A stretch of DNA of 43,095 nucleotides from an uncultured Kiloniellales bacterium (GCA_964195125.1 CAXMPL010000183.1:1-43095); one strand, 5' to 3'. Counted from the stretch's first letter, positions 17,104-27,439 are shown. A program made the numbers and translations. Notes: generated by a model from the sequence alone, not told the origin.

Positions 17104-18475
17104 CCCAGCATCGTTCGACCTCGTTGCGCAGCGGCGCATCCACATCATCGGTGCGGGAGGCGCCGGCATGTCGGGCCTGGCAAAGTTCCTATCCCAGCTC
17201 GGCCATCGGGTCACGGGCTCGGACCTCAAGCCGAGCAGCCTGCTCGACGGACTGACCGACAGCGGGGTCGAGACGTGGGTCGGTCATCGACCGGAGCGTC
17301 TTGGCGATATCGAGCTCGTGGTTGCATCGACCGCCGTCCCCGAAAACGACCCCGAGCTGAGAGCAGCTATCGACGCAGGATTGACGGTGTGGCGGAGACC
17401 GGCTCTGCTCGACGCGCTGACGGCGGCAATTCCAACGGTCGGCATTGCCGGCACCCATGGCAAGACCACAAGCAGCGCGTTGGCCGTTTCTGCGGTTCGG
17501 GCGTGCGGGCGGGACCCGTCGTTCGTGGTTGGCGGCGAGATCACCGCCCTGAACACCGGGGCCCATCTCGGCGACCGGGACCTCTTCGTGCTCGAAGCCG
17601 ACGAGGCTTTCGGCACCTTCCGTCATCTTCATCTATCAGGAATGCTCGTCACCAACATCGAAGCGGACCACCTCGACCACTACGAGACCGTCTCCGCCCT
17701 CGAGGAGGCCTTTGCCCAGGTTGCAGCCGCGACCGATGGGCCCGTGCTCGGGTGCATAGACGATCCCGGTGTCAAACGGCTGGCCGAGCGAACCGAGGTC
17801 ATCGGTTACGGGACGGGCGAGGAGGCGACGTGGCGCGTGACCGATCTCACCACGACCGCCGCCGGGGTGTCATTCCGCCTGGAAGGACCGCATGGTGCTG
17901 TGGATGTCACCGTGCCCCAACCGGGCACCCACATCGCCAGGAACGCGGCAGGTGTTGTCGCCCTGTTCAGCGAGCTCGGGCTCGACCGCGACTGCCTCGC
18001 CGCCGGGCTTGCATCCTTCGGAGGTGTTCGGCGCCGATTCGAGGTCAAGGCGCGGCGCGGAGGAGTCGCGATTCTCGAGGACTATGCACATCATCCAACC
18101 GAGGTCGAGGTCACCATCGCTGCCGCACGCAAAGGGACCGAGGGCCGACTCTGGGTGGTGTTTCAGCCGCACCGATATACAAGGACCGCCGACCTTGCAC
18201 CGGGTTTCGGTGCCCCGCTCGCCGCGGCCGATCGGATCATCGTCACCGACGTGTACGGCGCCGGTGAGCGCCCGCAACCGGGCGTGTCCGGTCGTATCGT
18301 TGCCGAGGCGGTTGCGGCAGCCGGTGGGAGCGTTGAGTACGTGCCCCTGCTCCATGACGTTCCGGGGGTGCTTCGCGGAAGGGTGGAGAGTGGTGACACG
18401 GTCGTGCTGATGGGAGCAGGCGATGTCGCTTCGATTTGGCCGTTGCTGGCAAAGGGCGAGGGGGATCGAGCGTGA
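17096..18475 (+). CDS. murC: UDP-N-acetylmuramate--L-alanine ligase MurC
   Basis: IHIIGAGGAGMSGLA and IAGTHGKTTS motifs. 8-nt overlap with the murG stop. Confidence 0.9.
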   Translation: MLDPASFDLVAQRRIHIIGAGGAGMSGLAKFLSQLGHRVTGSDLKPSSLLDGLTDSGVETWVGHRPERLGDIELVVASTAVPENDPELRAAIDAGLTVWRRPALLDALTAAIPTVGIAGTHGKTTSSALAVSAVRACGRDPSFVVGGEITALNTGAHLGDRDLFVLEADEAFGTFRHLHLSGMLVTNIEADHLDHYETVSALEEAFAQVAAATDGPVLGCIDDPGVKRLAERTEVIGYGTGEEATWRVTDLTTTAAGVSFRLEGPHGAVDVTVPQPGTHIARNAAGVVALFSELGLDRDCLAAGLASFGGVRRRFEVKARRGGVAILEDYAHHPTEVEVTIAAARKGTEGRLWVVFQPHRYTRTADLAPGFGAPLAAADRIIVTDVYGAGERPQPGVSGRIVAEAVAAAGGSVEYVPLLHDVPGVLRGRVESGDTVVLMGAGDVASIWPLLAKGEGDRA

Positions 18476-19380
18476 TCAAGACCCGCCACGCCTCGATGCA
18501 ACGCGACGTCGACCTGGCACCGCTCACGTCCTACAAGCTCGGCGGCGTCGCGGCGTGGTTCGCCGATGTCGAGGATGAGGACACGCTGCGTGCTGTTCTG
18601 CGGTCGGCCGGCGACGTCGAACTCCTCGTGCTTGGACGAGGAAGCAACCTGGTGGTTTCGGACCATGGCTTTCCTGGACTGGTGATCCGGCTGGTAGGGG
18701 CGTTTCTGCAGGCGGCCCTCAACGAGGACGGGTCGCTGGCCGCAGGCGCGGGCATGCCGCTGCCGCGACTGGCTCGATTTGCCGCAGCACACGATCGTGG
18801 TGGGCTCGAGTTCTTTGTTGGTATCCCGGGCTCGGTCGGGGGAGCGGTCAGGATGAATGCAGGCGGTCACGGGTCGGACACCGCTACCTGGTTGCTCGAC
18901 GCTACCATTCTCAATCGGTTGACGCTGAACGAGCGAAGCGATGGGCCGGCCGACCTCGATCTGGCGTACCGATACTCCAACCTCGACGATGCCGATCTTG
19001 TGGTGGCTGCGCGCTTTCGAACCGTCGAGCAGTCCCGAGCCAGGGGCGAGGAGATCCTGCGCGACGTGACCCGCTGGCGCAAGCAGCATCAGCCGGGGGG
19101 GACGCTCAACGCCGGCTCGGTGTTCAAGAACCCACGGGGAGACGCCGCAGGGCGAATCATCGATGCTCTCGGTCTCAAGGGCTACCGTCGTGGCGGCGTC
19201 GCCGTATCCGACGTGCATGCCAATTTTTTCGTATCCAACGAAGGAGCGAGGGCCCAGGACGTCTGGGATCTGGTGTGGGCGATCAGGCGTCGCGTTGGTG
19301 ACGAGACCGGGGTTTGGTTGGAGCCGGAGCTGCGGTTCGTCGGTCGATTCGAAGGTGACGAGGGGCCGGAGGTTCGCTGA
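18472..19380 (+). CDS. murB: UDP-N-acetylenolpyruvoylglucosamine reductase MurB
   Basis: LAPLTSYKLGG and LGRGSNLVV FAD-binding motifs. GTGA overlap with murC; ATG 18496 is an alternative start. Confidence 0.85.
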   Translation: MIKTRHASMQRDVDLAPLTSYKLGGVAAWFADVEDEDTLRAVLRSAGDVELLVLGRGSNLVVSDHGFPGLVIRLVGAFLQAALNEDGSLAAGAGMPLPRLARFAAAHDRGGLEFFVGIPGSVGGAVRMNAGGHGSDTATWLLDATILNRLTLNERSDGPADLDLAYRYSNLDDADLVVAARFRTVEQSRARGEEILRDVTRWRKQHQPGGTLNAGSVFKNPRGDAAGRIIDALGLKGYRRGGVAVSDVHANFFVSNEGARAQDVWDLVWAIRRRVGDETGVWLEPELRFVGRFEGDEGPEVR

Positions 19381-20183
19381 TGAAGACAATGGACCGACGC
19401 ATCGCACAGCGCCGCCATCGAGTCACCGAGGAGCGGGCTCGTACCAGGCTTCGGCTTGTGATCGGCCTGGTAGCGCTGGTCGCGATGGCGGCGGCCGGGT
19501 TCGCTCTGGTGCGATCCCCGCTGCTCTCCGTCAACAGGGTCACCGTCACCGGTGATGAGCACTCAGATCCCGCTGCCGTTCTTGCCCGCCTCGATGTCGT
19601 CCTGGGCATGCCGACTGTTTCCGTCGACGCCGGCGCTATTGAGGCGGCACTACGCGCCGATCCGTGGGTCGCAGACGCGCGGGTGGTGGTCAGCTGGCCT
19701 GGCAGTGTCGATGTCGAGGTTACCGAGCAGGTTCCGGTGGCCGCAGTCACCACAGCTGGCGGTTACGCGCATGTCACCACTACTGGTGCTGTTGTCGAGA
19801 TGCTCGATAGCCCGATCGGGATGGCCCTGATTGCCCTCAATGTGCCCGAAACCATCCGCCCCGGCACAACCATCTCGACGACGGCGACACTGGGGGCCCT
19901 CGAGTTCATCGACTGGCTGCCGGGCGACATCGCACGGGTGACTGTCGTTTCCGTCGATGAGGGAGGGCAGCTGACGGCAACCATCGATGATTTGACGGTT
20001 CGACTGGGCCGAGCCAGAGAGATGCAGTTCAAGGCGGTCGCGCTTGCTGCCTTGATCGAACACGGCCTGGCCCCCGGCAGCTATGTCGATATCACTGCCC
20101 CGCGACGGCCGGCAGTGGCCAACCCTCAACCTGAGGTCGAGGATGAGGGAGAGACACCACCAGAGGTTCCACCCACGGACTAA
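19380..20183 (+). CDS. ftsQ: Cell division protein FtsQ (POTRA domain)
   Basis: 267 aa with an N-terminal basic tail plus TM (LVIGLVALVAMAAAGFALV), then a POTRA-like region. Conserved position before ftsZ. Confidence 0.8.
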   Translation: MKTMDRRIAQRRHRVTEERARTRLRLVIGLVALVAMAAAGFALVRSPLLSVNRVTVTGDEHSDPAAVLARLDVVLGMPTVSVDAGAIEAALRADPWVADARVVVSWPGSVDVEVTEQVPVAAVTTAGGYAHVTTTGAVVEMLDSPIGMALIALNVPETIRPGTTISTTATLGALEFIDWLPGDIARVTVVSVDEGGQLTATIDDLTVRLGRAREMQFKAVALAALIEHGLAPGSYVDITAPRRPAVANPQPEVEDEGETPPEVPPTD

Positions 20184-20210
20184 CCTTTGGTATGCGGCCT
20201 GGAGGTTCCG

Positions 20211-21293
20211 ATGAATGAGATGAATTACACCCCGCATTCCTACCTCGCAGTGATCAAGGTGGTCGGCGTCGGCGGCGGCGGCGTCAATGCCGTCAACCGC
20301 ATGATCGAGGCCGGCGTCGGTGGAGTCGAGTTCATCGCCGTCAACACCGACGCCCAGGCATTGCTGATGTCGGATGCGGATCTCAAACTCGATATCGGGC
20401 GCGACACGACGAAGGGGCTCGGAGCAGGAGCCGATCCCGAGATCGGGAGGATGGCGGCGGAGGATCATCGCAGCGAGATCGAGGATGCCCTCGCCGGAGC
20501 CGACATGGTTTTCATCACAGCGGGTGAGGGCGGCGGGACCGGAACCGGAGCGGCGCCCATCGTCGCCGAGATCGCCAAGGCAGCTGGCGCGCTGACCGTG
20601 GGCGTTGTGACCCGACCATTCGGATTCGAAGGTCGCCGGCGTTCGGTCGCAGCAGAGCAGGGCATCCAGGAGCTGAAGAACGCCGTGGACACGCTGATCA
20701 TCGTGCCCAACGAGCGACTGCTCGAAATAACCGATGACAACACCCCGGTCAACGACGCCTTCAAGATGGCGGACGAGGTACTCACCAACGGAGTACGCGG
20801 GATCTCCGATCTCATCACTACCCCCGGCCTCATCAACGTCGACTTCGCAGACGTCAGGTCGGTGATGGCCGACGCCGGCTCAGCCGTGATGGGAATAGGG
20901 GAGTCGACCGGCGAGAACCGAGCGGTTCAGGCCGCGGAGAAGGCGATTTCGAGTTCGCTACTCGAGTCGTCGATGGACGGCGCTCGCGGCACGCTGCTCG
21001 CCGTCGCCGGACCGAGGGAAATGACGCTGCACGAGGTGAGCACGGCGGCTTCGATCGTGGCCGATCACTCCGACGGGGATGCCAACATCATCTTCGGCGC
21101 AGTCATCGACGACACCCTCGGCGACGCCATGCGGGTGACCGTCATCGCTGCGGGGTTCGATCGAGGCCCCAGACCTTCTCCATTCTCCTTCGGTTCGACG
21201 TCCTCGCCAACGGAGGGTCTTGGACTCGGCGATACCGACGATGAGCCAGGAGGGACCGACGATATGGAGATCCCGGGCTTCGTCCAGGGATGA
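20211..21293 (+). CDS. ftsZ: Cell division GTPase FtsZ
   Basis: [17 protein letters not shown] and the [10 protein letters not shown] tubulin signature. GGAGG lies 5 nt upstream of ATG 20211; the track start 20187 is less likely. Confidence 0.95.
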   Translation: MNEMNYTPHSYLAVIKVVGVGGGGVNAVNRMIEAGVGGVEFIAVNTDAQALLMSDADLKLDIGRDTTKGLGAGADPEIGRMAAEDHRSEIEDALAGADMVFITAGEGGGTGTGAAPIVAEIAKAAGALTVGVVTRPFGFEGRRRSVAAEQGIQELKNAVDTLIIVPNERLLEITDDNTPVNDAFKMADEVLTNGVRGISDLITTPGLINVDFADVRSVMADAGSAVMGIGESTGENRAVQAAEKAISSSLLESSMDGARGTLLAVAGPREMTLHEVSTAASIVADHSDGDANIIFGAVIDDTLGDAMRVTVIAAGFDRGPRPSPFSFGSTSSPTEGLGLGDTDDEPGGTDDMEIPGFVQG

Positions 21294-21919
21294 TCCAACC
21301 GCCCGGGTTCCGCGGCGCCATCTTCGGAGAGGCAGCAGACGGGGACCCGCGCACAAATCCTGCCGTCCGCTCTCACTTTTCTGGACGGTCTGGTGCTCCG
21401 GATCGCTGGTCGTGGCTGAACCAGGTGCACGGCAGCACCGTTCTTGCCGTCGATCAGCCTGGGGGCGCGGGAGACGGCGACGGTCTGGCGACCGGTTCGG
21501 CCGGCCTGGGGGTTGCCGTGGCGACAGCCGACTGCGTCCCTGTGATCATCGAAGGCGCCCGAACCACCGTTGTGGTCCACGCCGGATGGCGCGGCATGGC
21601 CGCAGGCGTGGTCGATGCCGGCGTCGCTGCGGTCCGCATCGTTGGCGATACCCCGCTGAGAGCGGCGATCGGCCCGGCGATAGGGCCTTGCTGCTACGAG
21701 GTCGGGACCGAGGTGCTGGCCCTCCTCGACCCATTCGTTGCAACAACGACATGGGGTACAAGCAGCGTGGACCTGTGGTCGGCTGCCGAGGCGCAACTCG
21801 GATCCCTGGAGGTATGGCGGGCCAATGTCTGCACCTTCACCGATGCTCGATTCCTCTCGCACCGTCGTGACGGGACCAAGGAACGGCAGGTATCAGTCGC
21901 ATGGCTGTCCGCGAGCTGA
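21290..21919 (+). CDS. pgeF: Peptidoglycan editing factor PgeF / YfiH (laccase-domain protein)
   Basis: [21 protein letters not shown] and GPCCYEV motifs. ATGA overlap with ftsZ. Confidence 0.8.
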   Translation: MIQPPGFRGAIFGEAADGDPRTNPAVRSHFSGRSGAPDRWSWLNQVHGSTVLAVDQPGGAGDGDGLATGSAGLGVAVATADCVPVIIEGARTTVVVHAGWRGMAAGVVDAGVAAVRIVGDTPLRAAIGPAIGPCCYEVGTEVLALLDPFVATTTWGTSSVDLWSAAEAQLGSLEVWRANVCTFTDARFLSHRRDGTKERQVSVAWLSAS

Positions 21920-22581
21920 CGGAGGTCCGGCGCCGGATCGCGAGTGCTGTCCAGCGCGCCGGCCGCCAGCCCTCCGATGTGACGCTCGTCGTGGTGTCGA
22001 AAGGCCGTAGCGACAGCGAGGTGCAACAGCTGTACGACAATGGCCTTCGCCTGTTCGCCGAGAACCGCGCCGAAGCACTGGCGTCGCGGCTCGGTGGCCG
22101 GCTTCCGGTTGACATCACCTGGCACTTCGTCGGTAGTGTGCAAAGACGCAAGGTCAAGGTGATCGGACCGAGCGTGGAGCTGCTGCACTCGATGGATCGA
22201 GCCCGTCTCGAGGAACCGTGGGCGCAGCTGCCGGATCCACCGCCGGTGTTGCTACAGGTCAACATTGCCGCCGAACCACAGAAGCATGGGTATCCGCCTG
22301 CCCAAGTGATGGAGGCGGCGCAGCGCCTGGTCGATCTCGGTGTGCCGGTACGCGGCCTGATGATTCTCCCCCCAGCGCCAGGGATGGCAGAGGATTCGCG
22401 ATCGTGGTTCACCGAGCTCGCCGCTATCGGCGCCAGACTGCGCGCACGGCACCCAGCCGCCGTCGAGCTCTCGATGGGTATGTCGGACGACTTCGAAGTC
22501 GCGATCGAGTGCGGTGCAACGATTATTCGCCTGGGACGGGCTATCTTTGGCACAGGCGAGCCCGATATCGGAGCTCGCTGA
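21901..22581 (+). CDS. yggS: YggS-family pyridoxal-phosphate homeostasis protein (YlmE)
   Basis: 226 aa, VTLVVVSKGRS (PLP lysine), HFVGSVQRRKV and MGMSDDFEVAIECGATIIRLGRAIFG. Confidence 0.85.
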   Translation: MAVRELTEVRRRIASAVQRAGRQPSDVTLVVVSKGRSDSEVQQLYDNGLRLFAENRAEALASRLGGRLPVDITWHFVGSVQRRKVKVIGPSVELLHSMDRARLEEPWAQLPDPPPVLLQVNIAAEPQKHGYPPAQVMEAAQRLVDLGVPVRGLMILPPAPGMAEDSRSWFTELAAIGARLRARHPAAVELSMGMSDDFEVAIECGATIIRLGRAIFGTGEPDIGAR

Positions 22582-22595
22582 GTGGAGGACTGAAC

Positions 22596-23159
22596 ATGGC
22601 TACGTTCTGGCAGAAAACCCTGTTCTACCTTGGTCTCGTCGACGACGAAGGTGGATACCCGGGCTTGGGCGGCGATGAGCGAGCCTCTGCAACGGCGGTG
22701 GCGACCGATCCTGACGCGACCGGAACCGTCACCGCCCGGCCCCCCGGCACCGTCGCCGGTCGCCGCGTCGATCCGCCAGACTCATCCCGGCGTACATCGA
22801 CCTGGAAGCACACGGAAGCGGGCGTGTACGTGCAACCGGACCCCGGGTCATCATCGGTTCCGGAGGAGCTGTTACCAACAACTCCGGAAACCGAGGTAAT
22901 CATGGCGCGCAATTTCTCAGACGCCCAACGGCTTGCCGACGGCATTGGCAGCGGGCGCGCCATCGTGCTCGACCTTCGCAGCACCGAACCCGAGATGGTG
23001 CGACGCCTTGTCGACTTCACCTCAGGGCTGACCTATGCGTTGAACGGTAGGATGGCAAAGACCGCCCAAGGCGTGATCCTGGTTTCGCCGGCAGGGGTCA
23101 CGGTCGGGGTCGACGAGCTCGACCGCCTGGCGGCGGCTGGCCTGTACAGCCCGGACTGA
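22596..23159 (+). CDS. sepF: Cell division protein SepF
   Basis: MATFWQKTLFYLGLVDDE N-terminal membrane-targeting sequence and a C-terminal core FSDAQRLADGIGSGRAIVLDL...LVDFTSGLTYALNG. GGAGG upstream. Track ORF trimmed. Confidence 0.85.
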   Translation: MATFWQKTLFYLGLVDDEGGYPGLGGDERASATAVATDPDATGTVTARPPGTVAGRRVDPPDSSRRTSTWKHTEAGVYVQPDPGSSSVPEELLPTTPETEVIMARNFSDAQRLADGIGSGRAIVLDLRSTEPEMVRRLVDFTSGLTYALNGRMAKTAQGVILVSPAGVTVGVDELDRLAAAGLYSPD

Positions 23160-23162
23160 TCG

Positions 23163-23438
23163 ATGGACCTTCTCGTCGATCTCGTCTGTTTCGCACTCAA
23201 CATCGCATTCTGGGCCATCATCGTCTGGATCGTCCTGAGCTATGTGGCGTCGTACGGCCGCCTGTCCTTCGACCACCCGGTGCGCAGGTTCTACGACTTC
23301 ATGTCCCGGCTCATCGAACCGGTGCTGCGTCCGATCAGGAACCTCATCCCGCCGCTGCGCATCGGGGGAGCCGCACTCGACCTTTCCCCGCTGGTGCTGA
23401 TCATCGGGATCCAGGTGATTCGCTTTGTCATCTGTTGA
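23163..23438 (+). CDS. yggT: YggT-family membrane protein (YlmG)
   Basis: 91 aa with two TMs and a PVLRPIRNLIPPL motif. Conserved position after sepF. Confidence 0.8.
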   Translation: MDLLVDLVCFALNIAFWAIIVWIVLSYVASYGRLSFDHPVRRFYDFMSRLIEPVLRPIRNLIPPLRIGGAALDLSPLVLIIGIQVIRFVIC

Positions 23439-26400
23439 GAAGCGCCTCGATGCCGAGATGAACGTCGTTGCCGTCGATGTCGACGAGCACCGCATCGGGT
23501 GATCCCTCGTCGAGCGACTCGGCCAGCACCTCGCCTGCGATGAGGGCGGAGTGGACGCCAAATGCGTCCCGGATCATCTCATCGTCTGCCGACCAAACCA
23601 CGGCGATGTGGTCGGTGACATCGAGACCGAGGTCGCGGCGTATGCGCTGGATGCGGTTGACGATCTCTCGGGCGACGCCTTCGAGTCGAAGGTCGTCGGT
23701 GACGGTCGTGTCGAGCGCCACCGTGATCGGTCCAGACGATGCCACCACCGTCCCGGGATGCGGGGTCCTGGACACCACCAAGTCTTCTGCGTTTATCTCG
23801 TCGCCGCCGACGGTCAGCGCGTCGCCGTCGAGCATCGCGGCAACTGTGTCGTGATCGAGAGCGGCGATGACGGCTGCGATCTCCTTGGTAGATTCTCCGA
23901 AGCGGGGCCCAATCCGCTTGAAATCCGCCTTCGCCGATAGCTCGACCACATCGGATTCGTCCGCGATCACCTCCACCTCGCGCACGTTGAGCTCCTCTTC
24001 GATCAAGCGGCTATGGGCAGCGATGCTTTGCCGTATTTTGAGATCACGGGTAATCACGGTGGCCGCTTTCAGCGGCTGGCGCACGCGAAGACCGTCACGT
24101 TTTCGCAGGCCGAGTCCCAGGGTGACCACAGTTCGCACGTAGGCCATGGCCGTCTCCAGAGCCGGATCGATGACGGCCCGGTCGGCGGTCGGATAGTCGA
24201 CATGATGAATACTCGGGGGCGCGCTCTCGTCGATCGCGGTGACCAGACCCTGATGGATCTCCTCGGTGATGAAGGGAAGAACCGGAGCCGCCACCGTGGC
24301 GAAGGTGGTCAGCACCTCGTACAGCGTGGCGAAGGCGGCGAGCTTGTCGGTGTCGTCACCAGCGACGCGGTGCGCCCAGAACCGGCGCCTCGACCGCCTG
24401 ATGTACCAGTTGGTGAGGAAATCCACGAAACCGATGATCGGCGGAATCACAGCGAACAACCGGTACGACTCCATCTCCCGGTTGACATCGGCGATCAGGC
24501 TCTGCAGCACGGAGAGGATCCACCGATCGATCTCGGGTCGGTCGGTGATGGCGGGTGCGGCGGCGAGGTCCTCAGCCGATATCCGGTCGGCCTCTGCATA
24601 GGTGGTGAAGAACGAGTACGCGTTCCACAGAGGGAGCAGGACGGTCCTTACCACCTCCCTGACGCCATCGTCCCTGAACCGCAACGGGTCCGCCCGCAAC
24701 ACCGGCGAGTTGATGAGGTAGGCGCGCATGGCGTCTGCTCCGTACGCGTTGAGGATGTCCGACGGATCGGAGAAGTTCCCTGCGCTCTTGGACATCTTGC
24801 GTCCGTCCTCCGCGAGCAGCAACCCGGTCACGATGCAGTGCTGGAACGGAGCCACGTCGAAGATCCCGGTCGACAGGACAAGCAGCGTGTAGAACCAGCC
24901 GCGGGTCTGGTCGAGGCCCTCGGCGATGAAGTCCGCGGGGAACCCAGACTCGAACCGCTCGGCGTTCTCGAACGGGTAGTGGATCTGGGCGAAAGGCATT
25001 GAGCCTGAGTCGAACCACGTGTCCAAGACCTCTGGCACCCTTCGCATTGTTCCCGCACAGGTAGCGCACCGCCAAGTGATCGGATCGAGGTTGTCCTTGT
25101 GAAGGTCGTCAGGTCGCGTCCTTGCGAGGGCTTCCAGTTCGTCGATCGAACCGACACATACCTGTTCGTCACAGCCGTCGCACTCCCAGACCGGAATCGT
25201 GGTTCCCCAGAAGCGGTTGCGCGAGATCGCCCAATCTCTGGCGTCCTCGAGCCAGTTTCCAAACCGGGCAGTCCCCACGTAGTCGGGAACCCAATGGATC
25301 CCATTGTTGTGTGCCACCATCCGATCCTTGAGGCGCTCCACCGCCACGTACCAACTCGGGATGGCCTTGTAGATCAAGGGAGTATCGGTGCGCCAACAGA
25401 ACGGGTAGGGGTGGGTGATCCTGGTGGAACGGACGATGCGGCCTCGCTCCGCAAGCAGATCGAGAAGGATCGGGTCGGCGTCCTTGACGTACTTGCCCGC
25501 AACCTCGGGGACCTCGTCTGTGAACTTCGCCACAGCATCGACCGGGTCGACGAAGGCGTCGATGCCGTTGGCCTGGAACGCGACGAAATCGGTTTCCCCA
25601 TAGGCAGGCGCAAGATGGACGAGACCGGTGCCGTCTTCGGTCGTGACCTCCTCCATGGCGATGACCCGGAAGGCTCCCTTTTCTCGTTGGACCTCGAAGT
25701 GCGAAAACGGCGGCTCGTAGGAGACGCCGAGCAGGTCGGCACCCTTCCCGATGCCGACGATCTCGTGATCCTCGTCTGGCCAGATTGCGTCGACCCGTTG
25801 CCGCGCCACCCAGGAGCGGGAGTCACCATGTGCCACCCTGACATAGTCGATCGAATAGCCAACGGCGACAGCCAGATTCCCCGGCAAGGTCCACGGGGTC
25901 GTGGTCCATACCAGCAGTTCGTCCCCGGCATCCACCACGTCGTTGCCGTCGAGAACCCGGAGCCGCAGGGTCACCGACGGGTCGTCGACGTCTCGATATC
26001 CGCCGAGGCTCACCTCGAAGTTCGACAACGGTGTCGCCGCACCCCACGAGTACGGGACCACCTTGAATGTCTTGTACACGAGATCCTTATCCCACAACCG
26101 CTTGAAGCCCCACCACACCGACTCCATGTACGCCGTGTCCATTGTCTTGTAGTCATCGTCGAAGTCGACCCATCGTCCGATGCGGCGGGTGATGTCGTAC
26201 CAGTCGGTTGTGATGTCGGAGACGAGATCGCGAGCCGCCTGGTTGAAGCGGTCAACGCCCAGTTCCTCGATCTCGCGAGGGCTGCTCACCCCGAGGCGCT
26301 TCTGCACCTCCATCTCTACTGGGAGACCGTGCGTGTCCCAGCCAAACCGTCGCTCCACGCGGTGTCCGCGCATGGTCCAGTACCGCGGGACGATGTCCTT

Positions 26401-26616
26401 GACCACGCCTTGCAGAATGTGCCCGTAGTGGGGGCTGCCGGTTGCGAAGGGGGGGCCGTCGTAGAACGTGTACTCGGACTCCGCCGGACGCATCTCGACC
26501 GAGGTGGCGAAGGCGTCGATCCGATCCCAGAAGGCAAGGATCCGGGTATCGACCGCGCGTAAATCGACGGCCGGGTCGACCCTGACGAAGGTCGGGGCGG
26601 TATAGCTGTCGGTCAC
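23428..26616 (-). CDS. ileS: Isoleucine--tRNA ligase (long, type-2-like form)
   Basis: HIGH-type motif PHYGHIL and KMSKS (GRKMSKSAGN), about 1062 aa. I place the start at GTG 26616, preceded by GGGAGGA. The track ORF extends 190 codons further through the T-box leader and repeat locus 4. Confidence 0.9.
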   Translation of the reverse strand: MTDSYTAPTFVRVDPAVDLRAVDTRILAFWDRIDAFATSVEMRPAESEYTFYDGPPFATGSPHYGHILQGVVKDIVPRYWTMRGHRVERRFGWDTHGLPVEMEVQKRLGVSSPREIEELGVDRFNQAARDLVSDITTDWYDITRRIGRWVDFDDDYKTMDTAYMESVWWGFKRLWDKDLVYKTFKVVPYSWGAATPLSNFEVSLGGYRDVDDPSVTLRLRVLDGNDVVDAGDELLVWTTTPWTLPGNLAVAVGYSIDYVRVAHGDSRSWVARQRVDAIWPDEDHEIVGIGKGADLLGVSYEPPFSHFEVQREKGAFRVIAMEEVTTEDGTGLVHLAPAYGETDFVAFQANGIDAFVDPVDAVAKFTDEVPEVAGKYVKDADPILLDLLAERGRIVRSTRITHPYPFCWRTDTPLIYKAIPSWYVAVERLKDRMVAHNNGIHWVPDYVGTARFGNWLEDARDWAISRNRFWGTTIPVWECDGCDEQVCVGSIDELEALARTRPDDLHKDNLDPITWRCATCAGTMRRVPEVLDTWFDSGSMPFAQIHYPFENAERFESGFPADFIAEGLDQTRGWFYTLLVLSTGIFDVAPFQHCIVTGLLLAEDGRKMSKSAGNFSDPSDILNAYGADAMRAYLINSPVLRADPLRFRDDGVREVVRTVLLPLWNAYSFFTTYAEADRISAEDLAAAPAITDRPEIDRWILSVLQSLIADVNREMESYRLFAVIPPIIGFVDFLTNWYIRRSRRRFWAHRVAGDDTDKLAAFATLYEVLTTFATVAAPVLPFITEEIHQGLVTAIDESAPPSIHHVDYPTADRAVIDPALETAMAYVRTVVTLGLGLRKRDGLRVRQPLKAATVITRDLKIRQSIAAHSRLIEEELNVREVEVIADESDVVELSAKADFKRIGPRFGESTKEIAAVIAALDHDTVAAMLDGDALTVGGDEINAEDLVVSRTPHPGTVVASSGPITVALDTTVTDDLRLEGVAREIVNRIQRIRRDLGLDVTDHIAVVWSADDEMIRDAFGVHSALIAGEVLAESLDEGSPDAVLVDIDGNDVHLGIEALLNR

Positions 26617-26850
26617 GGATCCTCCCGGTCTCATGCGCCGGGACGAGGTGGCCCCGCGGTACCACCCGGCTTGCCGGCTGAAGCCGGCCGCTCTGCCGAG
26701 AGCGAGCACGCTCTCGTTCTCCGATTTCGGCGGAGCGCCGTCGAGATCTACCCCCGGCCGATCCGGGGGATCTGCTCGCCGCTCGGGGGTGATGTCCCTC
26801 ACCGCCTGCGGTACCGACCTCTCACCGTCGTCGGTTCGCTGCAACCGCAG
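26617..26850 (-). promoter_or_regulatory. T-box leader of ileS (Ile specifier AUC; probable translational SD-sequestering type)
   Basis: On the minus strand, GGGUGGUACCGCGG (T-box core, complement of about 26654-26667). GGGACAUCACCCC carries AUC at the complement of 26791-26793 followed by A. CCUCGUCCCGG can pair with CCGGGAGG, which contains the SD just before GTG 26616. Confidence 0.75.
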
Positions 26851-26917
26851 GTTCGCTCGAGGGCGCGTCCCCGTCTGTGCGTTACCGAGAGGATACCCGT
26901 TTCCTGCTGCGCCGGCA

Positions 26918-27070
26918 GCGTCAGCCCAGAGGCTCCGCAAAATGTTGCGCGATTCGGTCCGTCGGCGACACCGTTTGCGGAGCCGTGGCCCGAGCGGCCC
27001 GCCGCGAAGCGGCAAGAGCGGGAAAATGGGACCACTTTCCTCGAAACGACCGGTCACCCACCGATTGCGC
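26918..27070 (+). repeat. Structured GC-rich intergenic repeat, locus 4
   Basis: GGCTCCGCAAA 26931-26941, TTTGCGGAGCC 26974-26984, 50-nt core 26977-27026, and a tail ...GACCGGTCACCCACCGATTGCG. It lies between the divergent ileS leader and the DUF167 gene. Confidence 0.9.
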
Positions 27071-27102
27071 GCTCTTGGTGCTGCAACGGGTAGCGTCCGA
27101 CG

Positions 27103-27393
27103 ATGAGTTGGATCGAACACCATCCAGGGGGATCCCTGGTGACGGTATGGGCGGTTCCCCGGGCCTCGCGCACCGAGATCGTCGGTCTTCACGATGGTGC
27201 GCTGCGTGTCTGTCTCGCCGCTCCGCCCGAAGCCGGGAAAGCCAACAGGGAGCTAGAAACCATCCTCAAGACGACATCGGGCGCAGCAGCCGTCGAACTC
27301 CTCTCCGGCAGCACGAGCCGCAAGAAAACCCTGGTGTTGCGAGGCGTCGACCCGGTGGACGCTCGCAGACTGCTCAACGCAGGAGGCGCATGA
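27103..27393 (+). CDS. DUF167 (YggU) family protein
   Basis: 96 aa. The VWAVPRASRTEIVG...PEAGKANRELE pattern is typical of YggU. Confidence 0.8.
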   Translation: MSWIEHHPGGSLVTVWAVPRASRTEIVGLHDGALRVCLAAPPEAGKANRELETILKTTSGAAAVELLSGSTSRKKTLVLRGVDPVDARRLLNAGGA

Positions 27394-27439
27394 TGTCCCA
27401 CAACCGATGCTATATTCCCGGCCGCGAATTGGAGGCCCG

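Noticed and set aside
26617-27192. N-terminal 190-codon extension of the ileS ORF (track start 27192).
   Set aside because: The extension covers the T-box leader and repeat locus 4 and is Arg/Pro/Gly-rich nonsense. The IleRS homology begins at TDSYTAPTFVRVDP, just after a strong SD plus GTG at 26616.
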